Positions 19,348-27,425 of a stretch of DNA of 64,000 bases are shown in pieces. This stretch comes from Spirochaetota bacterium. Its GTDB lineage: Bacteria; Spirochaetota; UBA4802; UBA5550. A program made the translations under genes and the position numbers. The DNA lies in NCBI GenBank assembly GCA_963664815.2, contig CAXXHB010000002.1, positions 640,001 to 704,000 of the forward strand, written 5' to 3'. Under the pieces are notes generated by a model. It made no database searches, was not told where the DNA came from, and saw nothing but the letters and a program-made list of their open reading frames with translations. Position 1 is the stretch's first letter. Each line of letters starts with the position of its first letter.

Positions 19348-19736
19348 TGTCCCTTGCAGAAGTACCGGTAATCAGTGAAGAAATTCTGTCCAGGTTTATT
19401 CTCTTCAGCAAATGGATTCGATCGTCAGATAATACAATTAAACCTGAAGCTTTTGTACCTCATCTATATATCGAACTATCAGTAACAAGGCAGAGAAATA
19501 TTACAGAAGATGAGCTGATGAGGCTGGGCAGAAATGTTTCTGTGTTAAGAAATTGCACCCTTTATGGCAGGGCGGATATTATGGCTAATCATGTAAAGCA
19601 GAATAATCTTACAGTTGAACCTTCGGAACCTCCACTTAATCATGCAAATATTAAAGGCTATCCTGTTGAAAAGTCTGCACAGAAACTGGTCGCAATGGAA
19701 CTGGCTGCTAAGGCGGTTTTTGTTGCAGCAGAGTGA
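19347..19736 (+). CDS. Hypothetical protein, putative ADP-ribosyltransferase-fold toxin
   Basis: TAATG overlap; E.L.R...AF.P...LSV.R...HANI.G pattern recalls small ART-fold toxins. The function is inference. Confidence 0.6.
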   Translation: MSLAEVPVISEEILSRFILFSKWIRSSDNTIKPEAFVPHLYIELSVTRQRNITEDELMRLGRNVSVLRNCTLYGRADIMANHVKQNNLTVEPSEPPLNHANIKGYPVEKSAQKLVAMELAAKAVFVAAE

Positions 19737-19745
19737 GGAAAATGT

Positions 19746-19828
19746 ATGATACCTAAATTAATAAAAACGTGAACAGCCTTTCAGAAAGCACTGAAGAGAG
19801 AGATGCTGTTGACACGGGTCAGTTTTAA
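19746..19828 (+). pseudogene. Collapsed relic of a second higA/IrrE-like gene
   Basis: ATGATACCTAAATTAATAAAAAC matches the start of 20668 at 21 of 23 nt (MIPKLIKT), followed by NSLSESTEERDA, similar to DSVSERPEEREA near 21622. Confidence 0.72.
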
Positions 19829-20325
19829 ATAATAATGATGAGATTCAGAGGGAAATTAAGCAACTGATAGTTTAAAATAAGTATGGTTTTACTGGTTTGT
19901 TTTGAGGTGGTCATCGAGTGACAGCGCGATTAAGTGAAGGTTATTGTAGCGAGTTTGTTGCGCTGTTTTATCGAAATGCCCGCTTAGATCAATATAGTTA
20001 TGGTATACATGAATATTTTTGAATGCAGTGAACGTTCGATTTACGCGGGTAGTACTGTTGACCTAACTAAAATTTGAACCAAACGATAAATTTTAATCAT
20101 TAAAAGTGAAGCAATTCAATGAGTAAAAACAATAAAATCCGGAGAAAAAAGAAAAAGCTAAAACAGCAGGAATAGTATTTAATAATGAAAGTATTAAAGA
20201 TTGTTTGGTGATTGCAAAAAACATAGATGATGATAGTACGCCATATCATTTAATTGCAGTTTTTCGTTCAGATAATAAATAATATAATAATTGGGAACTA
20301 AATTCATAAAAAAATAAATCTTTCT

Positions 20326-20340
20326 TTCCCAAAATGGGAA
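20326..20340. promoter_or_regulatory. Palindromic operator upstream of higBA
   Basis: TTCCCA-aaa-TGGGAA, a second half-site TTGGGAAC at 20291, and TTGACA at 20348. Confidence 0.65.
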
Positions 20341-20374
20341 CTTTTTGTTGACATTGTGTTGATAAATACCGATT

Positions 20375-20668
20375 ATGCATATAATTAAACATAAAACACT
20401 CATCGATTTCTATGAAAAGCACCCTTCTTCAAAAGGCGCACTTGAAGCATGGTTTTCAGAGGTAAAGAAAGCTGAATGGAAAGATACGGCAGACGTTAAA
20501 GAGCGTTACCGTTCAGCTGATTTTATTATGGGCAACCGCGTGATTTTTAACATATGCGGTAATAATTACAGGCTGATTGTAAAGATTCATTACCAGACAA
20601 AAACTGTGTTTATCAGGTTTATCGGCACCCATGCCGAGTATTCCAGGATTGATGCGGAGATAGTGTGA
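20375..20668 (+). CDS. higB: HigB-family type II toxin (mRNA interferase)
   Basis: L.AWF.EV..A.W...DVK..Y.SADF...RVIFNICGNNYRLIV...FIRFIGTHAEY. Confidence 0.94.
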   Translation: MHIIKHKTLIDFYEKHPSSKGALEAWFSEVKKAEWKDTADVKERYRSADFIMGNRVIFNICGNNYRLIVKIHYQTKTVFIRFIGTHAEYSRIDAEIV

Positions 20669-21873
20669 TGATACCTAAACTTATAAAAACAGAAAAAGAA
20701 TACAACGAGGCAGTCAGGCGAATTGAATTCCTTATGGGCAGGGAACTGCTTGATGAAAAGGAAACCAATGATCTTGAGCTTCTCAGCTACCTTGTGTCTG
20801 TTTATGAAGATGAAAAGTGGCCCATTTCCCAGCCCGATCCTGTAAGTGCTATACTATTCCGGATTGAGCAGATGGGTATGGACAGGAGTGATCTTGAACA
20901 GTATATAGGGCCCAAGGGCAGGGTTTCCGAGATTTTATCCCGCAAGCGTCAGCTGAGCAAGCAGATGATTATAAACCTGCACAAAGGGCTTGGCATACCC
21001 TATGAATCGCTAATCGGCGGTAGTGAGGAATCCGGACAGCCTTCTATTGACGCGTGTGAAACAGATAACTGGCTTAAATACCCTGTTAAAGAGATTGTAA
21101 AAAGGGGATGGGTCGAATCGGTTAAAGTTAAAGAGGACCCGGAGTTTTACGGCTTTGTTATGAAGAAATTCGCAGCAGGTCTTGGAACAGAACTCTTTGA
21201 ACCTGTAATGCTCCGCACAGGCAGGCAGTATAAAAAAAGTCCTGATGTGTATGCTCTTGCCTCATGGAGAATTCGTGTGCTTTCACTGGCTAAAACTGGC
21301 AGGCTTAAGGCTGTATATGATCCCGGTTGTATAACTCAGACATTCTGCCATGAACTGGCAAAGCTCAGCTACCTTGACCAGGGGCCGCTGCATGCCAGGG
21401 AGTTCCTTAACAAAAACGGAATACATCTGATAATAGAAAACCATCTTGAACATACCTACCTTGACGGTGCTGCAATGATGCTGGCTGACGGTTCGCCTGT
21501 AATTGCTTTAACACTTAGGTATGACAGGCTTGATAACTTCTGGTTTGTGCTCTTCCATGAACTTGCACATATTGCCCTGCATCTTTCTTATGATAATTCC
21601 AGGTACTATCTGGAAGACCTTGACAGTGTGTCAGAAAGACCGGAAGAGAGGGAGGCTGATAAATGGGCAACTGACGGGCTTGTTGACCCTGAAACATGGC
21701 GTGCCTCAGGGTTGTCAATGTATTCAAAACCTTCAGAAGTAATACGTTTTGCCAGCAGCCTGCGCATAAATCCCGCTATTCCTGCAGGTCGTCTGCGAAG
21801 GGAATCTGGCGATTACAAAATTTTTATGCGTCTGGTGGGTAACGGGGAAGTGAGAAAACTTTTTGTCAAATAG
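20665..21873 (+). CDS. higA: HigA antitoxin (HTH) fused to an ImmA/IrrE metallopeptidase domain
   Basis: IKTEKEY, PDPVSAILFRIEQMG...RVSEILSRKRQLS HTH, then LRYDRLDNFWFVLFHELAH (HExxH) and E.EAD. Confidence 0.92.
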   Translation: MMIPKLIKTEKEYNEAVRRIEFLMGRELLDEKETNDLELLSYLVSVYEDEKWPISQPDPVSAILFRIEQMGMDRSDLEQYIGPKGRVSEILSRKRQLSKQMIINLHKGLGIPYESLIGGSEESGQPSIDACETDNWLKYPVKEIVKRGWVESVKVKEDPEFYGFVMKKFAAGLGTELFEPVMLRTGRQYKKSPDVYALASWRIRVLSLAKTGRLKAVYDPGCITQTFCHELAKLSYLDQGPLHAREFLNKNGIHLIIENHLEHTYLDGAAMMLADGSPVIALTLRYDRLDNFWFVLFHELAHIALHLSYDNSRYYLEDLDSVSERPEEREADKWATDGLVDPETWRASGLSMYSKPSEVIRFASSLRINPAIPAGRLRRESGDYKIFMRLVGNGEVRKLFVK

Positions 21874-21875
21874 GA

Positions 21876-22226
21876 ATGATTAGATTAAATATTATAAAAT
21901 TCCCGTTTAATGACACATACATTATAATCACAACAATCCTCGAACTCCATCAATTCAGTTCTTGTACAGTTAAAGAATATGAAGAATCTCACAGAGGAAA
22001 GATTTTATTCCATTCTCTCTTTTCAGACTCATGCTTAGATCATATTATCGTTGAAGATATTAAACTGGCTATCCTTGGTCAGTCTCTGGAATACAATGGT
22101 TTTACCTTTATCAATGGCTCACGTATAGAATTTGATAATAACTCAGACATTGTTAGTGGATATGTTAAGGCCTGTTGTTATGATGGCACACCTGTGCCGG
22201 AAGGTTTAAAAATTGTTTTGGTGTAG
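21876..22226 (+). CDS. Hypothetical protein
   Basis: 116-aa ORF starting 2 nt after the higA stop; no recognised motif. Confidence 0.5.
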   Translation: MIRLNIIKFPFNDTYIIITTILELHQFSSCTVKEYEESHRGKILFHSLFSDSCLDHIIVEDIKLAILGQSLEYNGFTFINGSRIEFDNNSDIVSGYVKACCYDGTPVPEGLKIVLV

Positions 22227-22283
22227 CGGGTGAACCGGAAAGGATTACATTATCTGAAAAATAAAATAAATTGTTTTCTTCAT

Positions 22284-22320
22284 TCTAACCGATCTAACCG
22301 ATCTGACTGATCTGACCGAT
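22284..22320. repeat. 9-bp tandem repeat x4 (TCTAACCGA/TCTGACCGA)
   Basis: tctaaccga tctaaccga tctgactga tctgaccga. Confidence 0.75.
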
Positions 22321-22391
22321 GGAGAAAAGGTCGGGTAAATTTCACATAAATCCCGATTTGTTCATAATCTGTAATTGAGCGGTTGAAACCT

Positions 22392-22495
22392 GTAGACAGT
22401 CTACTGACCCTTTACTGACAGTATATTAACAGTAGTTTACTTATGTCTGAAAGGGTGAGCATACTGTCTGAATACTGTCAGTAAACTGTCTGTAG
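22392..22495. repeat. Large imperfect inverted repeat built from 11-bp ACAGT/ACTGT units
   Basis: TTTACTGACAGTAT (22411-22424) and ATACTGTCAGTAAA (22472-22485) are exact reverse complements; the flanking units extend the symmetry. Confidence 0.75.
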
Positions 22496-22650
22496 TAATT
22501 GGATTATAGCTATCAGTGAATATTTTAAGCTGTAAATTTCCGTACAGATAATTAATATTGACTTGATAAAAGAAAATTTGATGGATTAGACAGAATAGTT
22601 TATATATTTTACACTAAAAGATATGTTAAGGAATTAACATTGATATTATA

Positions 22651-24507
22651 ATGTTGAGAAGCATGCATTTTCCCGGAGGATTTATGAATAAACATGTAAC
22701 GGTAATAATCTTATTTTTATTAATAACAGTTTTTTCAGAGTGGGGAAAAGCTTCCCAGCCGGTAATTGTGCAGAGTGGAATATCCGCTGTAAAACTATTT
22801 ACAAACAAGGCAGAAATTACCCGGACTTCCAGGATAAAACTTGAAAAAGGGCTTAATCTGATACAGATAGAAGGTCTCCCTGATAACCTGTATGACTGGT
22901 CGGCAAGAGGGAGCCTCCCTGAAAAATATAACGGAAAAATTCTCTCAATGGAGATTTCACGTCAGGCTCTGCTGGAGAAGCGGAAAAAGAAGATCAGGGA
23001 GATTGAAGAAAAACTGGAGGATCTGAAGGACAGGGACGCGGATCTGGCGGACGACCTGGCGAATATAATGTTTCAGGAGGATTTTTTAAATTCAATAAAT
23101 GACTTCGCCAAGATAAGCGCTTCAAAAGAACTGGTTACAAGACTGCCGCAAACAGATGTCTGGAGCAGTACAATGGATTTTACAGGTAGTCGAAGGAAAA
23201 CAATCCAGGGATCAAAGAGAGCGATCTATAAAAAAAGGAGAGATCTGGCGGAGGAGATACAAAAGTGGGAATTTGAACTGACACAGATTGCAGGGCATGC
23301 GTATTTCTCTAATTATAAGTCACTTAAAATGGCAGTGGAAAAAAATACAATATCAAACCAGGTTCAGCAGTATGGCGAATTTGCAGACCAGTATGCCCAG
23401 CAGAAAGGTTTTCTGGAGAAGGATACCTCCCGGATCGATACAGAGAAAAAAATTCTTCTGAACATTTTTTCCGCGAATGAAGGTGAAACGGATTTTACTT
23501 TTACATATATGATCCCCGATACATACTGGATCATGAAATACGACTTCAGGGCCAGCAAGAAGAACGACGAGGTTGAAATTATTCTGTATTCAGATATTTA
23601 CCAGAAGACCGGAGAGGACTGGGATAACATAAATCTCAGCCTCTCAACCGGCGCGCCTCTTAACAGCATAGCTCTTCCCCTGCTCTATCCCTGGTATTTA
23701 AGCGCGAACAGACCGTTCAAGGATGAAGAAAACAGATACGCATTAAAGTCAAAAAAAGAATATGCCCCGAGTAAAAAAGCAGAGAGTGCATCAGGGATGA
23801 ACGAGTATGTTCAGGAGGAGGCTAAGGTTCCTGAAACATCTGTCAAGGAGAGCGGCATGTACATGGAGATTTCATTTCCACTGAAACAGACAATTGAGTC
23901 CTCCGAAAAGTACCAGAAAAAATATATAAAGTCATATACCATCAAGTCGGGGAAGGGTTTAAAATATTTCTACCAGACTATACCCGCCTCTTCGGGGAAG
24001 GTATTTTTAATGGCAAAAACAGTCAATCAGACAGAGCTGCCCTGGCTTGGCGGAGAGGCGCAGGTTTTTCTTGAAAATGAATTTATCGGGAAAGTGGATG
24101 TGCCTGATACTCCGGTAAGCAAAGAGAAAGAGATTGTCCTGGGTATTGTACCGGATACTGTTTCAAAGAAGGAGCTGGTTAAAAGATTTGACGATACGTC
24201 GGGGGTCTTCGGCGGCAATAAAAGAATTGTTTACTCCTATAAAATAACAGCGGAGAACAACTCTAAAGAAACAAGGGAAATTGTACTGATGGATAATTTC
24301 CCTGTTCCAACAACAGATGATGTCAAGGTCGAGATAAAAGATCTTTCTTACAAGTATCTTGAAGATGAAGAAACTAAAAAAAGTACCGAATATGCCCAGG
24401 GAATAAGGAAATTCATAATAACACTTGTCCCCGGATCGAAGAGGGAGATCACATACGATGCCGTAGTAACATACGACAAAGAACTTATAATAAACGGGTT
24501 GAGATAG
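22651..24507 (+). CDS. DUF4139/DUF4140 (mucoidy inhibitor MuiA-like) protein; start probably 22684
   Basis: I.AVKLF...AEITR, a coiled coil, YQKTGEDWDNINLSLSTG and N.TELPWLGGEAQVF. Confidence 0.85.
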   Translation: MLRSMHFPGGFMNKHVTVIILFLLITVFSEWGKASQPVIVQSGISAVKLFTNKAEITRTSRIKLEKGLNLIQIEGLPDNLYDWSARGSLPEKYNGKILSMEISRQALLEKRKKKIREIEEKLEDLKDRDADLADDLANIMFQEDFLNSINDFAKISASKELVTRLPQTDVWSSTMDFTGSRRKTIQGSKRAIYKKRRDLAEEIQKWEFELTQIAGHAYFSNYKSLKMAVEKNTISNQVQQYGEFADQYAQQKGFLEKDTSRIDTEKKILLNIFSANEGETDFTFTYMIPDTYWIMKYDFRASKKNDEVEIILYSDIYQKTGEDWDNINLSLSTGAPLNSIALPLLYPWYLSANRPFKDEENRYALKSKKEYAPSKKAESASGMNEYVQEEAKVPETSVKESGMYMEISFPLKQTIESSEKYQKKYIKSYTIKSGKGLKYFYQTIPASSGKVFLMAKTVNQTELPWLGGEAQVFLENEFIGKVDVPDTPVSKEKEIVLGIVPDTVSKKELVKRFDDTSGVFGGNKRIVYSYKITAENNSKETREIVLMDNFPVPTTDDVKVEIKDLSYKYLEDEETKKSTEYAQGIRKFIITLVPGSKREITYDAVVTYDKELIINGLR

Positions 24508-24519
24508 GAGACACTGAAT

Positions 24520-26274
24520 ATGCGAAGAACAAAAATTATCTGCACTCTCGGTCCTGCTACAGATGATCCCGCTGTACTGAAAGAACTTTTTTTAAAGGGG
24601 ATGGATGTGGGGAGATTGAACTTTTCACATGGTACTCACGAAGAGCATCTGGTAAGAGCGGAACAGTTCAAGAAAATCCGGGCCGATCTGAATCGCCCTG
24701 CAGCGCTTCTCCTTGATACAAAGGGACCGGAGATACGGCTGAAAAAATTCAGGGATGGCAAGGCGTTTCTGGAAAAAGGGAAAACTTTTATTCTTACAAC
24801 CGATGAGATTGAAGGTGATTCCGAACGCGTTTCGATTACATATAAAGACCTCCCCGGAGACCTCACCAAAGGAAACAGAATACTTATTGCCGATGGTCTT
24901 ATTGAACTCAAGGTTACGGCGATAAAAGGAAATGATATAATCACAGAAATCATGAACGGAGGAGAGCTGAGCGACAGGAAGGGGATGAACGTCCCGGGCG
25001 TAACAACAAAACTCCCCTTTATGAATGACAATGACAGGAGTGATCTTCTTTTCGGCATTAAAAATGATTTTGATTTCATCGCGGCATCATTTGCCCGGTC
25101 GGCTGATGACGTGAAGGATATGAAGAATTTTATTGAAGCCAACGGCGGGGGATTTTTAAAGCTGATTTCAAAGATAGAGAATCATGACGGGGTGAAAAAC
25201 ATTGATGAAATAATAAGAGTGAGCGACGGCATAATGGTTGCCCGCGGTGATATGGGTGTGGAGATCCCATTCGAGGAGATTCCGCATCTTCAGAAAATCA
25301 TTATTAAAAAGACCCTTGCAGGGGGCAAGCCTGTAATTACTGCAACACAGATGCTTGAGTCGATGATTAAAAACCCGCGGCCGACCCGTGCGGAAATAAC
25401 CGATGTTGCTAACGCAATATATGACGGAACCAGCGCGATAATGCTCTCAGGTGAAACATCTATCGGCCAGTTTCCGGTACTTACTGTTGAAACAATGGCA
25501 AAAATAGCAAGACAGACTGAGATGGATATCAATTATACCGATCTGCTTGAAAATACACATATTAATATTTCAAAAAATGTTACCGATGCAATCAGCTATG
25601 CAACCTGTTCGGCTGCCCATTCACTTAATGCTTCGGCAATTATAACAATCACCAAATCGGGGCATACCTCAAGAATGGTATCCCGCTACAGGCCCAGATG
25701 TCGTATAATAGCATCCACCCCGCTGAAAAAGGTATATAACCAGCTTGCTCTGTCCTGGGGCGTATGCCCCATGTTGTCGGCTGAGGCAACAACAACAGAT
25801 GAAATATTTGAAAACGCAGTAAACGATGCATTGAAGGAGGGGATGGTTCAGAATGGAGAACTTGTTGTAATAACAGGCGGAATGCCTGTCGGCGTAAGCG
25901 GGACTACAAATATGATAAAGATTCATATAGTGGGGGATATCCTTCTTGAAGGGAAAAGCCTTAACGGATTATCATCCTCCGGTGTATTATGTGTAATAGC
26001 GGACAACAAATCGTCCATAAATGATTTTAAAGGGGGAGATATTCTTGTAATTAAAAGATCCTCGGACAGCGTTCTTCATCTGATTAAAAACTCATCCGGC
26101 ATAATTACCGAGGAGGAGAGTCAGGACTCACCGGCTGCGATTGTAGCCAAGGCCCTCGATATCCCGGTAATTACAAGCGCCGAGAAGGCAACAGAAAAGC
26201 TGACAAGCGGAATAGCGGTAAGGATTGACGGTGGGAAGGGGCAGATCTTAAGCGGTCAGAGCGTTTTTAAATAA
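24520..26274 (+). CDS. pyk: Pyruvate kinase with C-terminal PEP-utiliser-like domain
   Basis: RRTKIICTLGPAT, RLNFSHG, DTKGPEIR, MVARGDMGVE and ATQMLESM. Confidence 0.97.
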   Translation: MRRTKIICTLGPATDDPAVLKELFLKGMDVGRLNFSHGTHEEHLVRAEQFKKIRADLNRPAALLLDTKGPEIRLKKFRDGKAFLEKGKTFILTTDEIEGDSERVSITYKDLPGDLTKGNRILIADGLIELKVTAIKGNDIITEIMNGGELSDRKGMNVPGVTTKLPFMNDNDRSDLLFGIKNDFDFIAASFARSADDVKDMKNFIEANGGGFLKLISKIENHDGVKNIDEIIRVSDGIMVARGDMGVEIPFEEIPHLQKIIIKKTLAGGKPVITATQMLESMIKNPRPTRAEITDVANAIYDGTSAIMLSGETSIGQFPVLTVETMAKIARQTEMDINYTDLLENTHINISKNVTDAISYATCSAAHSLNASAIITITKSGHTSRMVSRYRPRCRIIASTPLKKVYNQLALSWGVCPMLSAEATTTDEIFENAVNDALKEGMVQNGELVVITGGMPVGVSGTTNMIKIHIVGDILLEGKSLNGLSSSGVLCVIADNKSSINDFKGGDILVIKRSSDSVLHLIKNSSGIITEEESQDSPAAIVAKALDIPVITSAEKATEKLTSGIAVRIDGGKGQILSGQSVFK

Positions 26275-26282
26275 AATAAAAC

Positions 26283-27026
26283 ATGAAAACTGAATTTTAT
26301 ATAACATCTGCAGTGATTTTTTTAATGTCTTTTTTAATGCTCTTTTCTTTTCCCCTGACAGAAGACTTTTCTCTGCAGGCAGCCGGTGATCTTGTTGTAA
26401 TATCATCCTACAGGACATCTGTTGAGGATCAGGATTCCAATGTGAAGACAAATATAGCTATCGCTGCATCAAAGCTCAATGGAGCAGTAATTCCTGCCGG
26501 GGGAGTTTTTTCTTTTAATAATACGGTAGGTGAAGGATCTGCTGCCAACGGTTTTTTATCAGGCAGGGTTCTTTATCAGGATACGGCAGCGTATGAGTCG
26601 GGGGGGGGGATCTGCCAGGTGTCATCCACTCTTTTTAACGCCCTGCTTCTTGCGGGATGCAGTATAACCGAGAGGCACAGGCATTCGCGGCAGGTACGCT
26701 ATGTTCCCTCCGGGCTTGACGCTACAATCAGGTATGGAAAAAAGGATCTGAGGATGAAAAATATAATGCCTTTTCCGCTCTATATCTTTACATCCATTAA
26801 TGATAAAGGACTTGCAGTAGTAATAAAAGCGGACAGGGGAACAGAAACAGGCTATGAAATTTATACGGAAGAGGAAGAGGTAAATCTCCCTTTTGTCAAT
26901 GACGAAACCGGTATGACAAAACCGGGCATATCTATCTATGTTTACAGAAAAAGCACCAGAAATGGTAAAACTGAAAGTTTATTGTTGTATAAAGATTTTT
27001 ATCCTCCAATGCAGCTTGATAGGTAA
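26283..27026 (+). CDS. VanW family protein
   Basis: FSFNNTVG, GGGICQVSSTLFNA and ERHRHS...YVPSGLDAT. Confidence 0.9.
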   Translation: MKTEFYITSAVIFLMSFLMLFSFPLTEDFSLQAAGDLVVISSYRTSVEDQDSNVKTNIAIAASKLNGAVIPAGGVFSFNNTVGEGSAANGFLSGRVLYQDTAAYESGGGICQVSSTLFNALLLAGCSITERHRHSRQVRYVPSGLDATIRYGKKDLRMKNIMPFPLYIFTSINDKGLAVVIKADRGTETGYEIYTEEEEVNLPFVNDETGMTKPGISIYVYRKSTRNGKTESLLLYKDFYPPMQLDR

Positions 27027-27425
27027 TTAATTTTGAATTTATAAGAATTTATCATTTTTTATCTTATTTTTATGAGTCGGCATCTCCTTTTTTATGACAA
27101 AAAGTGTATCGGATCTATGTACAAAGGTCTTTCCCCCTGCAGTTATGCGTAAAATATGCCACTTTTCCAATATAAATAGTACATAATTTTAAAAAATGAT
27201 TAATTTATGCCCGCTGCTATTTTTTTCTTGAAAAATAAACAACTTCTAATTGATTATAAAAAGGAGAAAAATAGTTGTATAAAAATTAAAATATAAATAT
27301 TTATAAGTCGGCCGGTCAGACAATTTTAATTGTTATGCAATTTCACAGTTTGAACTTCTACTTAAACTGTGGTACAAACATTTTTTTAAAACACATAAAA
27401 AAATTTTATTAACAGTGGGGGCCCC

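Noticed and set aside
19850-20200. Possible integron attC site or decayed gene in the island spacer
   Set aside because: No convincing RYYYAAC...GTTRRRY paired structure, no integron integrase and no recognisable translation.
22284-22495. Possible CRISPR array
   Set aside because: The units are 9-11 bp with no unique spacers, and there are no cas genes in the window.
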